64,000 bases of DNA. It comes from an uncultured Bacteroidota bacterium. Its GTDB lineage: Bacteria > Bacteroidota > Ignavibacteria > UBA10030 > UBA6906. Location: NCBI GenBank assembly GCA_963700635.1, contig CAVOYH010000003.1, positions 960,001-1,024,000 on the forward strand, read 5' to 3'. Of this stretch, positions 49,131-57,559 are shown piece after piece (position 1 is the stretch's first letter; each line of letters opens with the position of its first letter). A model generated the notes under the pieces. The model had not been told where the DNA came from and did no database searches. It saw only the letters and a list, made by a program, of their open reading frames with translations. The translations under genes were made by a program, and so were the position numbers.

Positions 49131-49249
49131 CAGTGTCCGTATGTTGTGGAGCGAGGTGTGACCATGTCTGACGCATTCAGATGGAGGAGGAGTGTCTGAT
49201 TCCGTTCAGAGGAACCCACTCACATCCGGAGCGCACCATCGCAGGAGTT

Positions 49250-50206
49250 CTAGTTCAAACTCCGACCGATTGACGCGATGTGTTCCGGAGTGGTGCCGCA
49301 GCATCCTCCTACGATGGAAGCCCCCTGTGTGATCCACTCCGCTGCCAGGCGGCCGTACTCTCCGGCATCAACGTCCTCGATCAGCTCTTCCTTACGTTCA
49401 TCTCCGGGCCGGCCGGCGTTCCCGTAGGCGGCGATGAAAGGGCGATAGTCCGGCGCTACCATGCCGGGTATGCCCGCTCCCACCGCTACTTCTGGTATCA
49501 TCCTGTGTTTCTGCAGGATCCGCTGCAATTCCGCAAGCGGTTTTGTTATCGAACGTGCGGCAACACAGTTGACGCTGTAGCCCGCCGGTTTACACGGGAA
49601 GGTTGCAGTAACAGCCGCTTCCAGGCTCTCGCCGCCATACAGCATGCCGTCCGGTGTACAGAGGAAACTCAGCACCACTTCCTTCCCGGTTGCAGCAGCG
49701 GCTTCACATACATGCAGGGCTTCCCGGACCGTGCCGAATGTTTCAAGGAGCAGAAAATCCGCACCGGCATCGGCAAGCCGGCGGGCCTGCAGGGCATGTT
49801 CTTCCGCGAGTTCGGAGTCTGCGGGAACCAGGTCGGGCCTGTAACAATCCTCCAGAGGCGCAAGAGAGCCGGCAACAAGAATATCCCGTCCGGGAAACCG
49901 ATACCGCGCGGCAAGGGCCAGATCCACCGCGCGGCGGGTAAGTTCTTCCGACCGGTCGATGATGCCCGCACGACGGAATGTCCGCGGCGTTGTCCGGAAC
50001 GTATTGGAGGTAAGAATGTGCGCACCGGCGGAGATGTAGTCGATATGAATCTGCGACACCAGATCGGCCGCATCCAGGAGTGCGCGGGCTGACCAGAGAG
50101 GGAGTATGGTATTCGCTCCACGCTTCTGGAGTTCCGTGCCCATGGCGCCGTCCAGAAGCAACACCGTGTGTTTGGCCAGCAGAGCCGACAACGGACCGGG
50201 CATCAT
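49250..50206 (-). CDS. Homocysteine S-methyltransferase family protein, lying between the two helicase halves
   Basis: LLDGAMGTEL, H.DYI.AGA, VAGSLAP, LLETF, VNC and IVGGCCGTTPEHI (Zn ligands). Confidence 0.92.
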   Translation of the reverse strand: MMPGPLSALLAKHTVLLLDGAMGTELQKRGANTILPLWSARALLDAADLVSQIHIDYISAGAHILTSNTFRTTPRTFRRAGIIDRSEELTRRAVDLALAARYRFPGRDILVAGSLAPLEDCYRPDLVPADSELAEEHALQARRLADAGADFLLLETFGTVREALHVCEAAAATGKEVVLSFLCTPDGMLYGGESLEAAVTATFPCKPAGYSVNCVAARSITKPLAELQRILQKHRMIPEVAVGAGIPGMVAPDYRPFIAAYGNAGRPGDERKEELIEDVDAGEYGRLAAEWITQGASIVGGCCGTTPEHIASIGRSLN

Positions 50207-51189
50207 GCCCGCGCTCTCCGCAGGATTTCATTCGTGAGATTCAGGATCGGCTGTGTGCTCCGGTAGTTTTCTTCCAGTTTGATGATGGTGCAGCCGGGGT
50301 ATTGTTCGGGGTACTCCAGGATGTTCTGCACGGTAGCGCCGCGGAAGGCATAGATCGCCTGCGCGTCATCTCCCACCACCATCACATTGCCGTTCTTCCG
50401 GGCCAGGAGCCAGACAATTTCAGCCTGCACGCGGTTTGTATCCTGGTATTCATCCACCATGATGTACTTGTACCGGTCGGCAAGCGTGAGCCGCACACGT
50501 TCATGGTCGCGCAGGAGTGTCCGCAGGTGGACAAGCAGATCATCATAGTCCATCAGGTTGTGGGCGGCCTTGTATGCATCGTAGGCTTTGTGGAGGGCCG
50601 TGATCTCCGGCAGCAATTCCTCGAAATGCGGGTAGTCCTCTTTGAGCACATCATGCAGCGGCGTAGAAGTATTGACCGTGCGCGAGAAAATGTCGAAGAG
50701 AGTCTTCTTGCGCGGAAACCGCCGTTCGCGTGTGTCCAGCTTCAGGCGGGTGCGGAGGAGGTTCACCACGTCTTCGGCATCGGACTGATCCAGTATGGTA
50801 AACGACGACTGGTAGCCCAGCAGCGGTGCGTACTGACGGAGAATCAGATTGGCGAACGAATGGAACGTCCCGCCTGCCACACGCTCACATCGTGCATCCA
50901 GGAGCATGCTTGCTCGACGGAGCATCTCCTGTGCGGCGCGGCGTGTGAATGTGAGGAGCAGAATCGATTCCGGTTTTACGCCCAGCTCCACGAGGTACGC
51001 CACGCGGTAGGTAATCGCACGGGTTTTCCCCGTGCCTGCACCCGCGACGATAAGGTGGGGGCCGTTCACAGAACTGACCGCGGCGTACTGTGCCGGATTC
51101 AGCGCATTCCGATAGTCGATCTGAAACTGGCGGCCGGGTTCTGGTCCGACAACCTCCGCGGGTGTTTTCTTAATGACGTACTTTTTCAC
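50203..51189 (-). CDS. UvrD/PcrA-family SF1A helicase, N-terminal half (1A/1B domains, motifs Q-IV)
   Basis: LNPAQ, AGAGTGKT, TFTRRAA, GTFHS, VDEYQDTN, VGDDAQAIYAFRGA and LEENYRS. Stops 17 codons after YRS. Confidence 0.9.
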   Translation of the reverse strand: MKKYVIKKTPAEVVGPEPGRQFQIDYRNALNPAQYAAVSSVNGPHLIVAGAGTGKTRAITYRVAYLVELGVKPESILLLTFTRRAAQEMLRRASMLLDARCERVAGGTFHSFANLILRQYAPLLGYQSSFTILDQSDAEDVVNLLRTRLKLDTRERRFPRKKTLFDIFSRTVNTSTPLHDVLKEDYPHFEELLPEITALHKAYDAYKAAHNLMDYDDLLVHLRTLLRDHERVRLTLADRYKYIMVDEYQDTNRVQAEIVWLLARKNGNVMVVGDDAQAIYAFRGATVQNILEYPEQYPGCTIIKLEENYRSTQPILNLTNEILRRARA

Positions 51190-51842
51190 GATGGCCGTTC
51201 TGCCGGTTCAAATGTTACCAGCGCGCCGTTCCGTTCCACCAGCTCCCTGATCCGGTCTTCCGCACTCCGCCGGACTTCTTCCAGAATGCCCGACCGTTCC
51301 GCTTTGGAACGGGCAGTTGACTGGAGTGTCCTGACGGCATTGGTCCGGTCTTCCTCCGACAGGCGGTTCCACCATCCGTTTTCATCCAGCAACACAACAA
51401 ATGAGTCCATCTGCATCGACAACAACTCCGGCTCCGGCAGTCGAGCCTTCACGCTGAGAGGCGAGGGAATGATCTCGATGTCAAAGGGTCTCTTCAGATT
51501 GTAGCCGGCTTTTGCGGTGAATGTTCCCCGGACATGAAGAATTTTTGTGCTTCCGAGCCAGGTGTGTGACCAATCGTGATCCACCAGAAGGGGGCGGGAG
51601 ACTGTGGCGACTTCAAGAATGGGTGAGCTCTGCTCGATGATCACCGTTTCGTTGATCGTAACGCGCGGTGTTACCTGGAACATCGTCTTGAGTCCGTCGG
51701 CGGTGGCCCGTGCAAGTTCGGCCGGTGCATGGATGAGAAGGCGATAGGCCACAACGGTGCCGCCGATGAACATCAGCGTCGCAAGGATACCCATGATGGT
51801 AACAGCGCGGATACCTCTGGCTTCTGAACCGGAACCGTTCAT
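51186..51842 (-). CDS. DUF4230-like membrane-anchored protein
   Basis: N-terminal TM, G-AKAGYNL, LPEPELLS and A..GILEE.R..AE. Coupled by 4-nt overlaps on both sides. Confidence 0.65.
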   Translation of the reverse strand: MNGSGSEARGIRAVTIMGILATLMFIGGTVVAYRLLIHAPAELARATADGLKTMFQVTPRVTINETVIIEQSSPILEVATVSRPLLVDHDWSHTWLGSTKILHVRGTFTAKAGYNLKRPFDIEIIPSPLSVKARLPEPELLSMQMDSFVVLLDENGWWNRLSEEDRTNAVRTLQSTARSKAERSGILEEVRRSAEDRIRELVERNGALVTFEPAERPS

Positions 51843-52327
51843 CGTTTTCCCCCCAGCGAGCGGAGTCCGGAGAGGCCGAGTGCAATAGCGCCGACGGCGG
51901 TTCCCATGATCGGTGTTGGCACGGCGGCCAGCACGCCCAGTGCGGCAGCAACGCCGATGGCTTTGCCGGCTTTGTCTTTCTTCATGAACTTCTGTATGAA
52001 GAATGTGGGAAGAAATACGGCGAGGAAACATGCCGGGATCGTGACGATCCAGGCAAACGCAGCCATGTCGGGTAAGGTCCAGAGTGCATCGATGACAATA
52101 AGAAGGAGCGCAGAGAGAGGATGGATCAGGGGCTGATCGTTGGGTGCGCCGTGCTTCAGGTCTCCGGCCACCGGCCCTTCGGCCCCTGGCCGTCCGTCGA
52201 CGGATTCTCCGGCGACGGATCTATCGGCCTCCGGCCGTTCGGCCTCTGGCCGTTCGGCCTCTGGCCGTCCGGCTACCGGATGTTCCTGCTCAGAGCTTTT
52301 CGACGGGGTAGTCGGCGAGGATGTCAA
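51839..52327 (-). CDS. Hypothetical membrane protein with repetitive acidic N-terminus
   Basis: 3-4 hydrophobic segments, AVPTPIMGT motif and RPEAE repeats. The TTG start is uncertain. Confidence 0.6.
   Translation of the reverse strand: MTSSPTTPSKSSEQEHPVAGRPEAERPEAERPEADRSVAGESVDGRPGAEGPVAGDLKHGAPNDQPLIHPLSALLLIVIDALWTLPDMAAFAWIVTIPACFLAVFLPTFFIQKFMKKDKAGKAIGVAAALGVLAAVPTPIMGTAVGAIALGLSGLRSLGGKR
52179..52268. repeat. 15-bp tandem repeat TCGGCCTC(C/T)GGCCGT (coding RPEAE)
   Basis: Three near-perfect units at 52224-52268 and an in-register degenerate unit at 52179-52193. Confidence 0.8.
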
Positions 52328-53297
52328 GAATCGCCTCGATGGTTTTGGGTGAATTTCCTTCCGCCCTGTTGTTCACATAGGCGTACAGTTTCTTGTCTTC
52401 CTTCACACAGCGTAAGACCGTCTCTGCAAGCGCGCGTCTGAGTTCGGGGAGCTGTTCCTGAATCCGGTCGTAGGGCTGAAACCGGTCCACGGCATCCTGA
52501 TACTTCCGGCCCGGTTTGAGAAGAGCCCGGACTGCTGTAAACGGAGCAGGAAGAACCCCCGGCACTTCAAGTTGTTCGGAGAGCTCAGGCATACGCGTCC
52601 AGCTGTTGAGCACGTGTGCAACACCATGCGTGTGCAGCATTGCCAGGTATTCCGCCGTCAGGAACTCGGCATTCCGTATCTCCACCGCATAGAGGCGCTG
52701 TTTCGGGAGTTTCGCCAGAAACGTGTCAAGTAATGATACAAAATCGGGAAACGTAATGCCCGACGATGGATAGAACGTCGAGAATTCGAAGATGATCACG
52801 CCGCATTTCTTGTGTAGTTCTTCAAGCGGACGGAGAAACGCATCTTCAAAAAGTGAGGGGTTCAGGAAATCCGGATTTTCCTGGCCCGCATTGGCGCCGT
52901 GCCGGGGGAGGTTGGGATACCGTTTTATGGTGATCCGGTCCGTGACTTTAAACGAAACGGAGAAGTGATCGGGCGTCTGATCAAAGATCGCCTTCATCCG
53001 GAGGGGTTGAGGGAAATCGTAGAGGGCGAAGTCGGCGCAGACCGTCGGGAAGACCGTTGCATACTCCGCAAGGCACTCCTGTTCGAAGTCACGTTTGGAG
53101 GAATACGGTCGTGTATAGACCATCCCTTTCCAACCGGGGTATTTCCAGGACGACGTGCCGAAGAAGATCCCGCGCGCGGCCCATTGCCGGAGTCTCTGCG
53201 CATTCACTGCGACATACGAGTCGGCGGCGGGGATCGGTTTCTCCTCCGCAAAAAGGGGCAACGTGGTGCCCGAAGCTTTTTTCCGTGCCTTCGCCAC
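52290..53297 (-). CDS. DUF72 (YecE-like) TIM-barrel protein
   Basis: GTSSWKYPGW.G..Y, L.EYA..F.TV..D, FK...IT, AVEIRN and YAYVNNRAEG.SP. Confidence 0.88.
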   Translation of the reverse strand: MAKARKKASGTTLPLFAEEKPIPAADSYVAVNAQRLRQWAARGIFFGTSSWKYPGWKGMVYTRPYSSKRDFEQECLAEYATVFPTVCADFALYDFPQPLRMKAIFDQTPDHFSVSFKVTDRITIKRYPNLPRHGANAGQENPDFLNPSLFEDAFLRPLEELHKKCGVIIFEFSTFYPSSGITFPDFVSLLDTFLAKLPKQRLYAVEIRNAEFLTAEYLAMLHTHGVAHVLNSWTRMPELSEQLEVPGVLPAPFTAVRALLKPGRKYQDAVDRFQPYDRIQEQLPELRRALAETVLRCVKEDKKLYAYVNNRAEGNSPKTIEAILDILADYPVEKL

Positions 53298-53314
53298 TCC
53301 CCGCCTCGGTGTGA

Positions 53315-54073
53315 TTATCCTGTCCGGATGCCGGCCAGAACCGCGACCACGGTCCAGACGACCCAGAGCGCAAATACAATCACCAGTACTTTGGGGAGAT
53401 CCCGCTGAAAGATGCGGGAAAGGCCGATGCTGACCACGGACAGATCCCAGAAGGTGAAGATGTTCACCTTTGCAAGGGCCATGTGCACTTTATTCTGAAA
53501 ATCAAAATTGGAAACAAACGCACCGAGACTTGGCGTTGCGGTGATCGAATCCATCATATACATCAGCAGCGTGGTGACGATACTTTCCGCGATGCTTATG
53601 AAGAACGTCAACCCGAGCACCTCGACCACCTTGATGTACGGTGCGGTGCCTTTCATCCCCCATTTCCCCAGGAGCCAGTAGATCAACGAAAGGACGAAGA
53701 GCACGATGGGGGTCAGAATAACAATACCCAGGACCTGCTGGATCATAAACATGCTTGATCCCGGTTTGGAAAAACTTGCAGCCTGGTCGGCCTGTTCCGG
53801 CGTGAGTTTTCCCTCTGCGACCATCTCATCAATTCCGGCGCGCATCATGTCGCTCATCTGGCCCAGGAGGGAAGGATTCATGAACATCACCTGACCCATC
53901 AGGAAGGCGACGACCATAAACAGCAGCATGGGAATCACCCAGTTGCTGGCCGTTGGCGGTGTGACACGCACGTCTTCAAAAAGCTCGCCCGGGGAGGCGA
54001 AGATATTGATCATTTTGTCGGTGAACGACATCGGGCTTTCCGGCTCCGTGGTGACGGGGGTTTGCTCGTCCAT
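53315..54073 (-). CDS. Yip1-family membrane protein
   Basis: NIFASPGELFE N-terminal motif, five TM segments and NIFTFW..IGL. Confidence 0.8.
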   Translation of the reverse strand: MDEQTPVTTEPESPMSFTDKMINIFASPGELFEDVRVTPPTASNWVIPMLLFMVVAFLMGQVMFMNPSLLGQMSDMMRAGIDEMVAEGKLTPEQADQAASFSKPGSSMFMIQQVLGIVILTPIVLFVLSLIYWLLGKWGMKGTAPYIKVVEVLGLTFFISIAESIVTTLLMYMMDSITATPSLGAFVSNFDFQNKVHMALAKVNIFTFWDLSVVSIGLSRIFQRDLPKVLVIVFALWVVWTVVAVLAGIRTG

Positions 54074-54111
54074 GGGAGATCCTTTTGCGAATGGTGGGGG
54101 AATCCACGGGA

Positions 54112-54140
54112 AAGATAGGGAATGGAAAGACGAGAAGCAA
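54112..54140 (-). promoter_or_regulatory. sigma70 promoter (TTGCTT-N17-TATCTT) for the Yip1-DUF72-helicase operon
   Basis: -35 at 54135-54140, -10 at 54112-54117. Confidence 0.55.
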
Positions 54141-54171
54141 CGGGCGACACGACATTTTTGTTACTTGTGTA

Positions 54172-54200
54172 TTGACAAGACGACATAAATGTCGTATCCT
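54172..54200 (+). promoter_or_regulatory. sigma70 promoter TTGACA-N17-TATCCT with perfect palindrome ACGACAT-AA-ATGTCGT in the spacer
   Basis: -35 at 54172-54177, -10 at 54195-54200, palindrome at 54180-54195. A degenerate second copy ACGACAT-TT-TTGTTAC lies at 54149-54164. Confidence 0.75.
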
Positions 54201-54226
54201 GGAGTGAACAGAATCCGGACGCCATT

Positions 54227-54838
54227 ATGGTATCGACAGGTCTTATTGAACAGTTCCGTGCCGCGCCACCCGGGAAATTGTACGGAGTGCACGGCGACAG
54301 CAGTGTCTTCCGGCTTTCCCTTGTGGCTGCCGGACACGCCCTGGTGCAGGGTGTACCGGTGACGCTGGTGGACGGGAGTAACCGGTTTGATCTGTACGGT
54401 CTGGCGGAGTTTGCCCGCCGGACTGCAGGCGGACGGTGTACGCCGGAGGAGCTTCTGCGGAACATCTTTGTCTCCCGCGCATTCACCTGTTACCAGATGG
54501 AAGCCGTCATCACCGACCGCCTGCCGGCATTTGTCCGGGCCAAACAATCGCCGGTGGTGTTGATCTTCGGATTATTGGATACGTTTTATGACGAACAGGC
54601 CTCGTTGTGGGATGTGCAGTCGGGCGTGCAACGTATGACGCAGGCGTTACAGTGTCTGAAGGAGGAAGGGGTATCGATACTGGTGGCCTCCATGGATGTT
54701 GGACCGGTACCGCCGGCGCGGCGGAATTTGTTGCCCGCGGTGATGAAGGGGATGGACAGGGTGTTTTCGCCCGGTGAACAGCATGCGGCGGCGGGGAAGC
54801 AGCGGGCGGTCGGCAGAAGATCTCCACGCCGGCGGTAG
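54227..54838 (+). CDS. Inactivated RecA/RadA-like protein (iRadA, PolB2-associated)
   Basis: VTLVDGSNRFDLY, NIFVSRAFTCYQM and degenerate Walker A (VHGDSS) and B (LIFGLLDTFYDE), plus its position in the PolB2 cassette. Confidence 0.75.
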   Translation: MVSTGLIEQFRAAPPGKLYGVHGDSSVFRLSLVAAGHALVQGVPVTLVDGSNRFDLYGLAEFARRTAGGRCTPEELLRNIFVSRAFTCYQMEAVITDRLPAFVRAKQSPVVLIFGLLDTFYDEQASLWDVQSGVQRMTQALQCLKEEGVSILVASMDVGPVPPARRNLLPAVMKGMDRVFSPGEQHAAAGKQRAVGRRSPRRR

Positions 54839-54878
54839 CGGAGAAATACTGTGTGTCGTAATCAGATGAGGGAAACCC

Positions 54879-55172
54879 ATGGGACGTACGGTGCCGACAT
54901 TTACCATGGTTCTGCAGCAGGAAATGGTCAGCTGGTCCAAATTCCGCCGCGGACTGCGTAAAGAAGATCAGGACGCGCTGGACGAGCTGTTCCGTGCCGC
55001 GCGGCTGCAGCTGGCCGGCAGCGCGTATGCCGCCCGGCCGATTCCGTTTGAAAGTATCGTCATGGCCATGCTTGTAGCCCAACAGCGGCGGATAACTGTC
55101 CTCGAAGGGATTGTGCACAAACCGGCCGACGTGAATAATTCCCATGCCCCTGCCATCCGGAGTACGCCGTAA
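54879..55172 (+). CDS. Small helical PolB2 partner (arCOG07300/PPB2-like)
   Basis: MGRTVPTF...W.KFRRGLRKEDQ..LDELF..AR...A.P.PFESI signature of the small protein encoded beside archaeal PolB2. Confidence 0.8.
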   Translation: MGRTVPTFTMVLQQEMVSWSKFRRGLRKEDQDALDELFRAARLQLAGSAYAARPIPFESIVMAMLVAQQRRITVLEGIVHKPADVNNSHAPAIRSTP

Positions 55173-55189
55173 GGCGTTACGAGGAAATC

Positions 55190-57559
55190 GTGCTGACCGC
55201 CTGGCTCTTTGACCTGTATCCTTCCCCCGAGGGGATCACGCTCTGGTTTATTGATGAAGAAGGGCGGAAACACCGGGCATTCGACCGGTTTGTGCCGTCA
55301 TTGTACCTGCATCTCAACGAACGGGACATTGATCGTGTTGCCGCACTGTTGCGGGCCTTCCCGTTCCCCATCACACTCCGCCGTGACACGCGGCGGGAAC
55401 TCTACAGCAACACCGACTGGAACGTGTTGCAGGTCTCCGTCGGCAGCACGCTCTATTTTAAGAGTGTTGTGCATCGCCTGGAGCGTCACCTCCCCCACTT
55501 TGCCTTCTTTAACTCGGACATACCGGTGCAGCAGCTGTATCTGTATGAAACCGGACTCTTCCCGCTGGCCTTCGGCGAGTACACGTTCGATGAGGAAAAT
55601 CGTTTACGCGGCTGGACACTTCTTGACACATCCGACGCGATCGAGTACACGCTCCCTCCGCTGGTGATGCTCACGCTAAAAAACCGCCCGGATGTTGTCT
55701 CTCCGAAGTTCCGGAAAACTCTTCAGCTCGAAGTGAGTTATGAAGGAACGACCTATGCCCTGGAGGGGAGTGATCCGGCGGACGTCTTACAATCGCTGGA
55801 CCGGCACATACAACGCTGTGATCCGGATGTCATCCTCACCGAATACGGCGACGCCGTTCTGTTGCCCATGCTCACGAAGTTAGCCGGCGAACACCAGGTG
55901 CCGTTATCGCTTAACCGCGACACCACGAGCGGATACATCACAACCCGTGCGACAAGCTATTTTGCATACGGGAAGATCGTTCACAAAGACGGAGCGTTTG
56001 AGCTGGCCGGGCGCTGGCATCTGGACACCGAGAATTCATTTATGATGGGGGAAGCGAGTCTGGATGGGGTGGCGGAGATCGCGCGGCTCACGCAGTTGCC
56101 CGTGCAGCATCAATCGCGGGCCACCATCGGCACCGCGTTGTCCAGCATGCAGCTCTCGTGGGCGCACCGTCACGGGTATCTGATACCGGCGCATAAACGT
56201 GAGCCGGAGGATTTTAAGTCGGCGGAAATACTGTTACTGGCCGACCGCGGCGGATTGATATTCCAGCCGGAGCTGGGGTATCACGAACAGGTCGCCGAAC
56301 TGGATTTTGTTTCCATGTATCCCACCATCATGGTCACGCACAACGTCTCTCCGGAAACGGTGAACTGCCGCTGCTGCAGGAACGAAGCTGTGCCGGAGCT
56401 GGGGTACACCATCTGTGAAAAGCGGGAGGGGATTGTGGCGGCCACATTACGGACGGTCGTGCACAAGCGGGGTATGTACAAGAAAGAGAAAAAGCGGTTA
56501 AAAGTGTTGAAGGATGAAGGGTGGAAGTTGTATGACCGGCGTCAAAACGCGCTCAAATGGATGCTGGTTACCTGCTTCGGATATCTCGGGTACAAGAATG
56601 CCCGGTTCGGGCGGATCGAAGCGCACGAGTCGGTGAACGCCTTTTCGCGTGACGCCATTCTGCGCGCCAAGGAGATTGCCGAAGGGCACGGGTTTCATTT
56701 TATCCACGCCATTGTGGATTGTATGTGGCTTAAACGTCCGGGAGCGACCGAAGCCGACTACGAAGCTCTTGCGCGGGAGGTGAGTGAAAGTGTAGGGATA
56801 GACATTTCGCTTGAAGGGATATACAACTGGGTCCTGTATCCGCCGTCCAAGATGGACCCGCGTTTACCCACGGCGAACCGGTATGTAGGGTGGTACACCA
56901 ACAACGAAATCAAGATCCGGGGGATAGAGATACGGCGGCGGGATACGCCGGTCTTTATCAAACGGCTGCAGGGGGAGATGTTGAAAATCCTGGGCGAAGG
57001 GAAAACGGTGGAAGAGTTGCGGGCGTTGTTGCCGGCGGTGTTGTTGAAGGCAAGGGAGGGGATCGACCTGTTACGCTCCGGCAAAGCCGATCCGCTGGAG
57101 CTGGTTGTGCGGCGGCATCTCTCGAAGGAGGCGGACGAGTACACGAACCGGAGTGCCAACGCAATCGTGGCGCAGGCGCTGGAGGAAGCCGGTGTACATC
57201 TGGCTCCCGGGGAGACGGTGGAGTACATCATCATCGATGCCACCGGCAAGCGGAATCCGGAGAAAGCCAAGGCCGTGGCATTGTATTCGCTTGACGACGG
57301 GTATGACATCGGAAAGTACACCGAGATGGCGTTAAAGGCGGTTGAAACGTTATTGTTTCCGTTCGGGTACGATGTGGAGCGGTTAACGGAGATGTGGTGC
57401 CCGGTGGTGAAAAAGGGGAAAAAAGAAGCCGTTGCGCGTGTAGCGGAGCAGGGGGAGTTGTTTGTTGCGGGAACTGTCGTTCACAATCATACGTTCTCCC
57501 CTGTATGTTCATCCGCGGGGGAGATTAATCATCAACCAAAGAGGAGAGAATCAGCATGA
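55190..57559 (+). CDS. polB2: Family B DNA polymerase, archaeal-type PolB2 group (no recognisable proofreading motifs)
   Basis: Motif A ELDFVSMYPTIM, motif B RQNALKWMLVTCFGYLGY, motif C variant HAIVDC, K.RGIE.RRRDTP and an NCRCC..C cluster. Confidence 0.88.
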   Translation: MLTAWLFDLYPSPEGITLWFIDEEGRKHRAFDRFVPSLYLHLNERDIDRVAALLRAFPFPITLRRDTRRELYSNTDWNVLQVSVGSTLYFKSVVHRLERHLPHFAFFNSDIPVQQLYLYETGLFPLAFGEYTFDEENRLRGWTLLDTSDAIEYTLPPLVMLTLKNRPDVVSPKFRKTLQLEVSYEGTTYALEGSDPADVLQSLDRHIQRCDPDVILTEYGDAVLLPMLTKLAGEHQVPLSLNRDTTSGYITTRATSYFAYGKIVHKDGAFELAGRWHLDTENSFMMGEASLDGVAEIARLTQLPVQHQSRATIGTALSSMQLSWAHRHGYLIPAHKREPEDFKSAEILLLADRGGLIFQPELGYHEQVAELDFVSMYPTIMVTHNVSPETVNCRCCRNEAVPELGYTICEKREGIVAATLRTVVHKRGMYKKEKKRLKVLKDEGWKLYDRRQNALKWMLVTCFGYLGYKNARFGRIEAHESVNAFSRDAILRAKEIAEGHGFHFIHAIVDCMWLKRPGATEADYEALAREVSESVGIDISLEGIYNWVLYPPSKMDPRLPTANRYVGWYTNNEIKIRGIEIRRRDTPVFIKRLQGEMLKILGEGKTVEELRALLPAVLLKAREGIDLLRSGKADPLELVVRRHLSKEADEYTNRSANAIVAQALEEAGVHLAPGETVEYIIIDATGKRNPEKAKAVALYSLDDGYDIGKYTEMALKAVETLLFPFGYDVERLTEMWCPVVKKGKKEAVARVAEQGELFVAGTVVHNHTFSPVCSSAGEINHQPKRRESA

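Noticed and set aside
49120-50210. Group I/II intron, intein, IS element or ribosomal bypass as the explanation of the helicase split
   Set aside because: Only ~120 nt of the insert is non-coding (too small for a ribozyme core). There are no Cys/His-Asn intein ends, no transposase, terminal inverted repeats or clear target duplication, and a 1-kb hop is far beyond known bypassing.
50080-51504. 474-aa ORF on the + strand
   Set aside because: Antisense shadow of the helicase N-half and DUF4230-like gene, with no recognisable motifs. Long shadow ORFs are expected at this GC content (likewise 7384..8292, 45802..46587 and 49280..50092).
55190-57559. Prophage, casposon or pipolin origin of the family B polymerase
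   Set aside because: No integrase, cas1, terminal repeats or virion genes. Motifs and partner genes match the cellular PolB2 group rather than protein-primed or primer-independent PolBs.
57464-57559. Extra ~30-aa tail of PolB2 overlapping the DUF1579 start as a distinct domain
   Set aside because: Low-information sequence that reads like intergenic DNA run through to the next stop. No support for function without homolog alignment.
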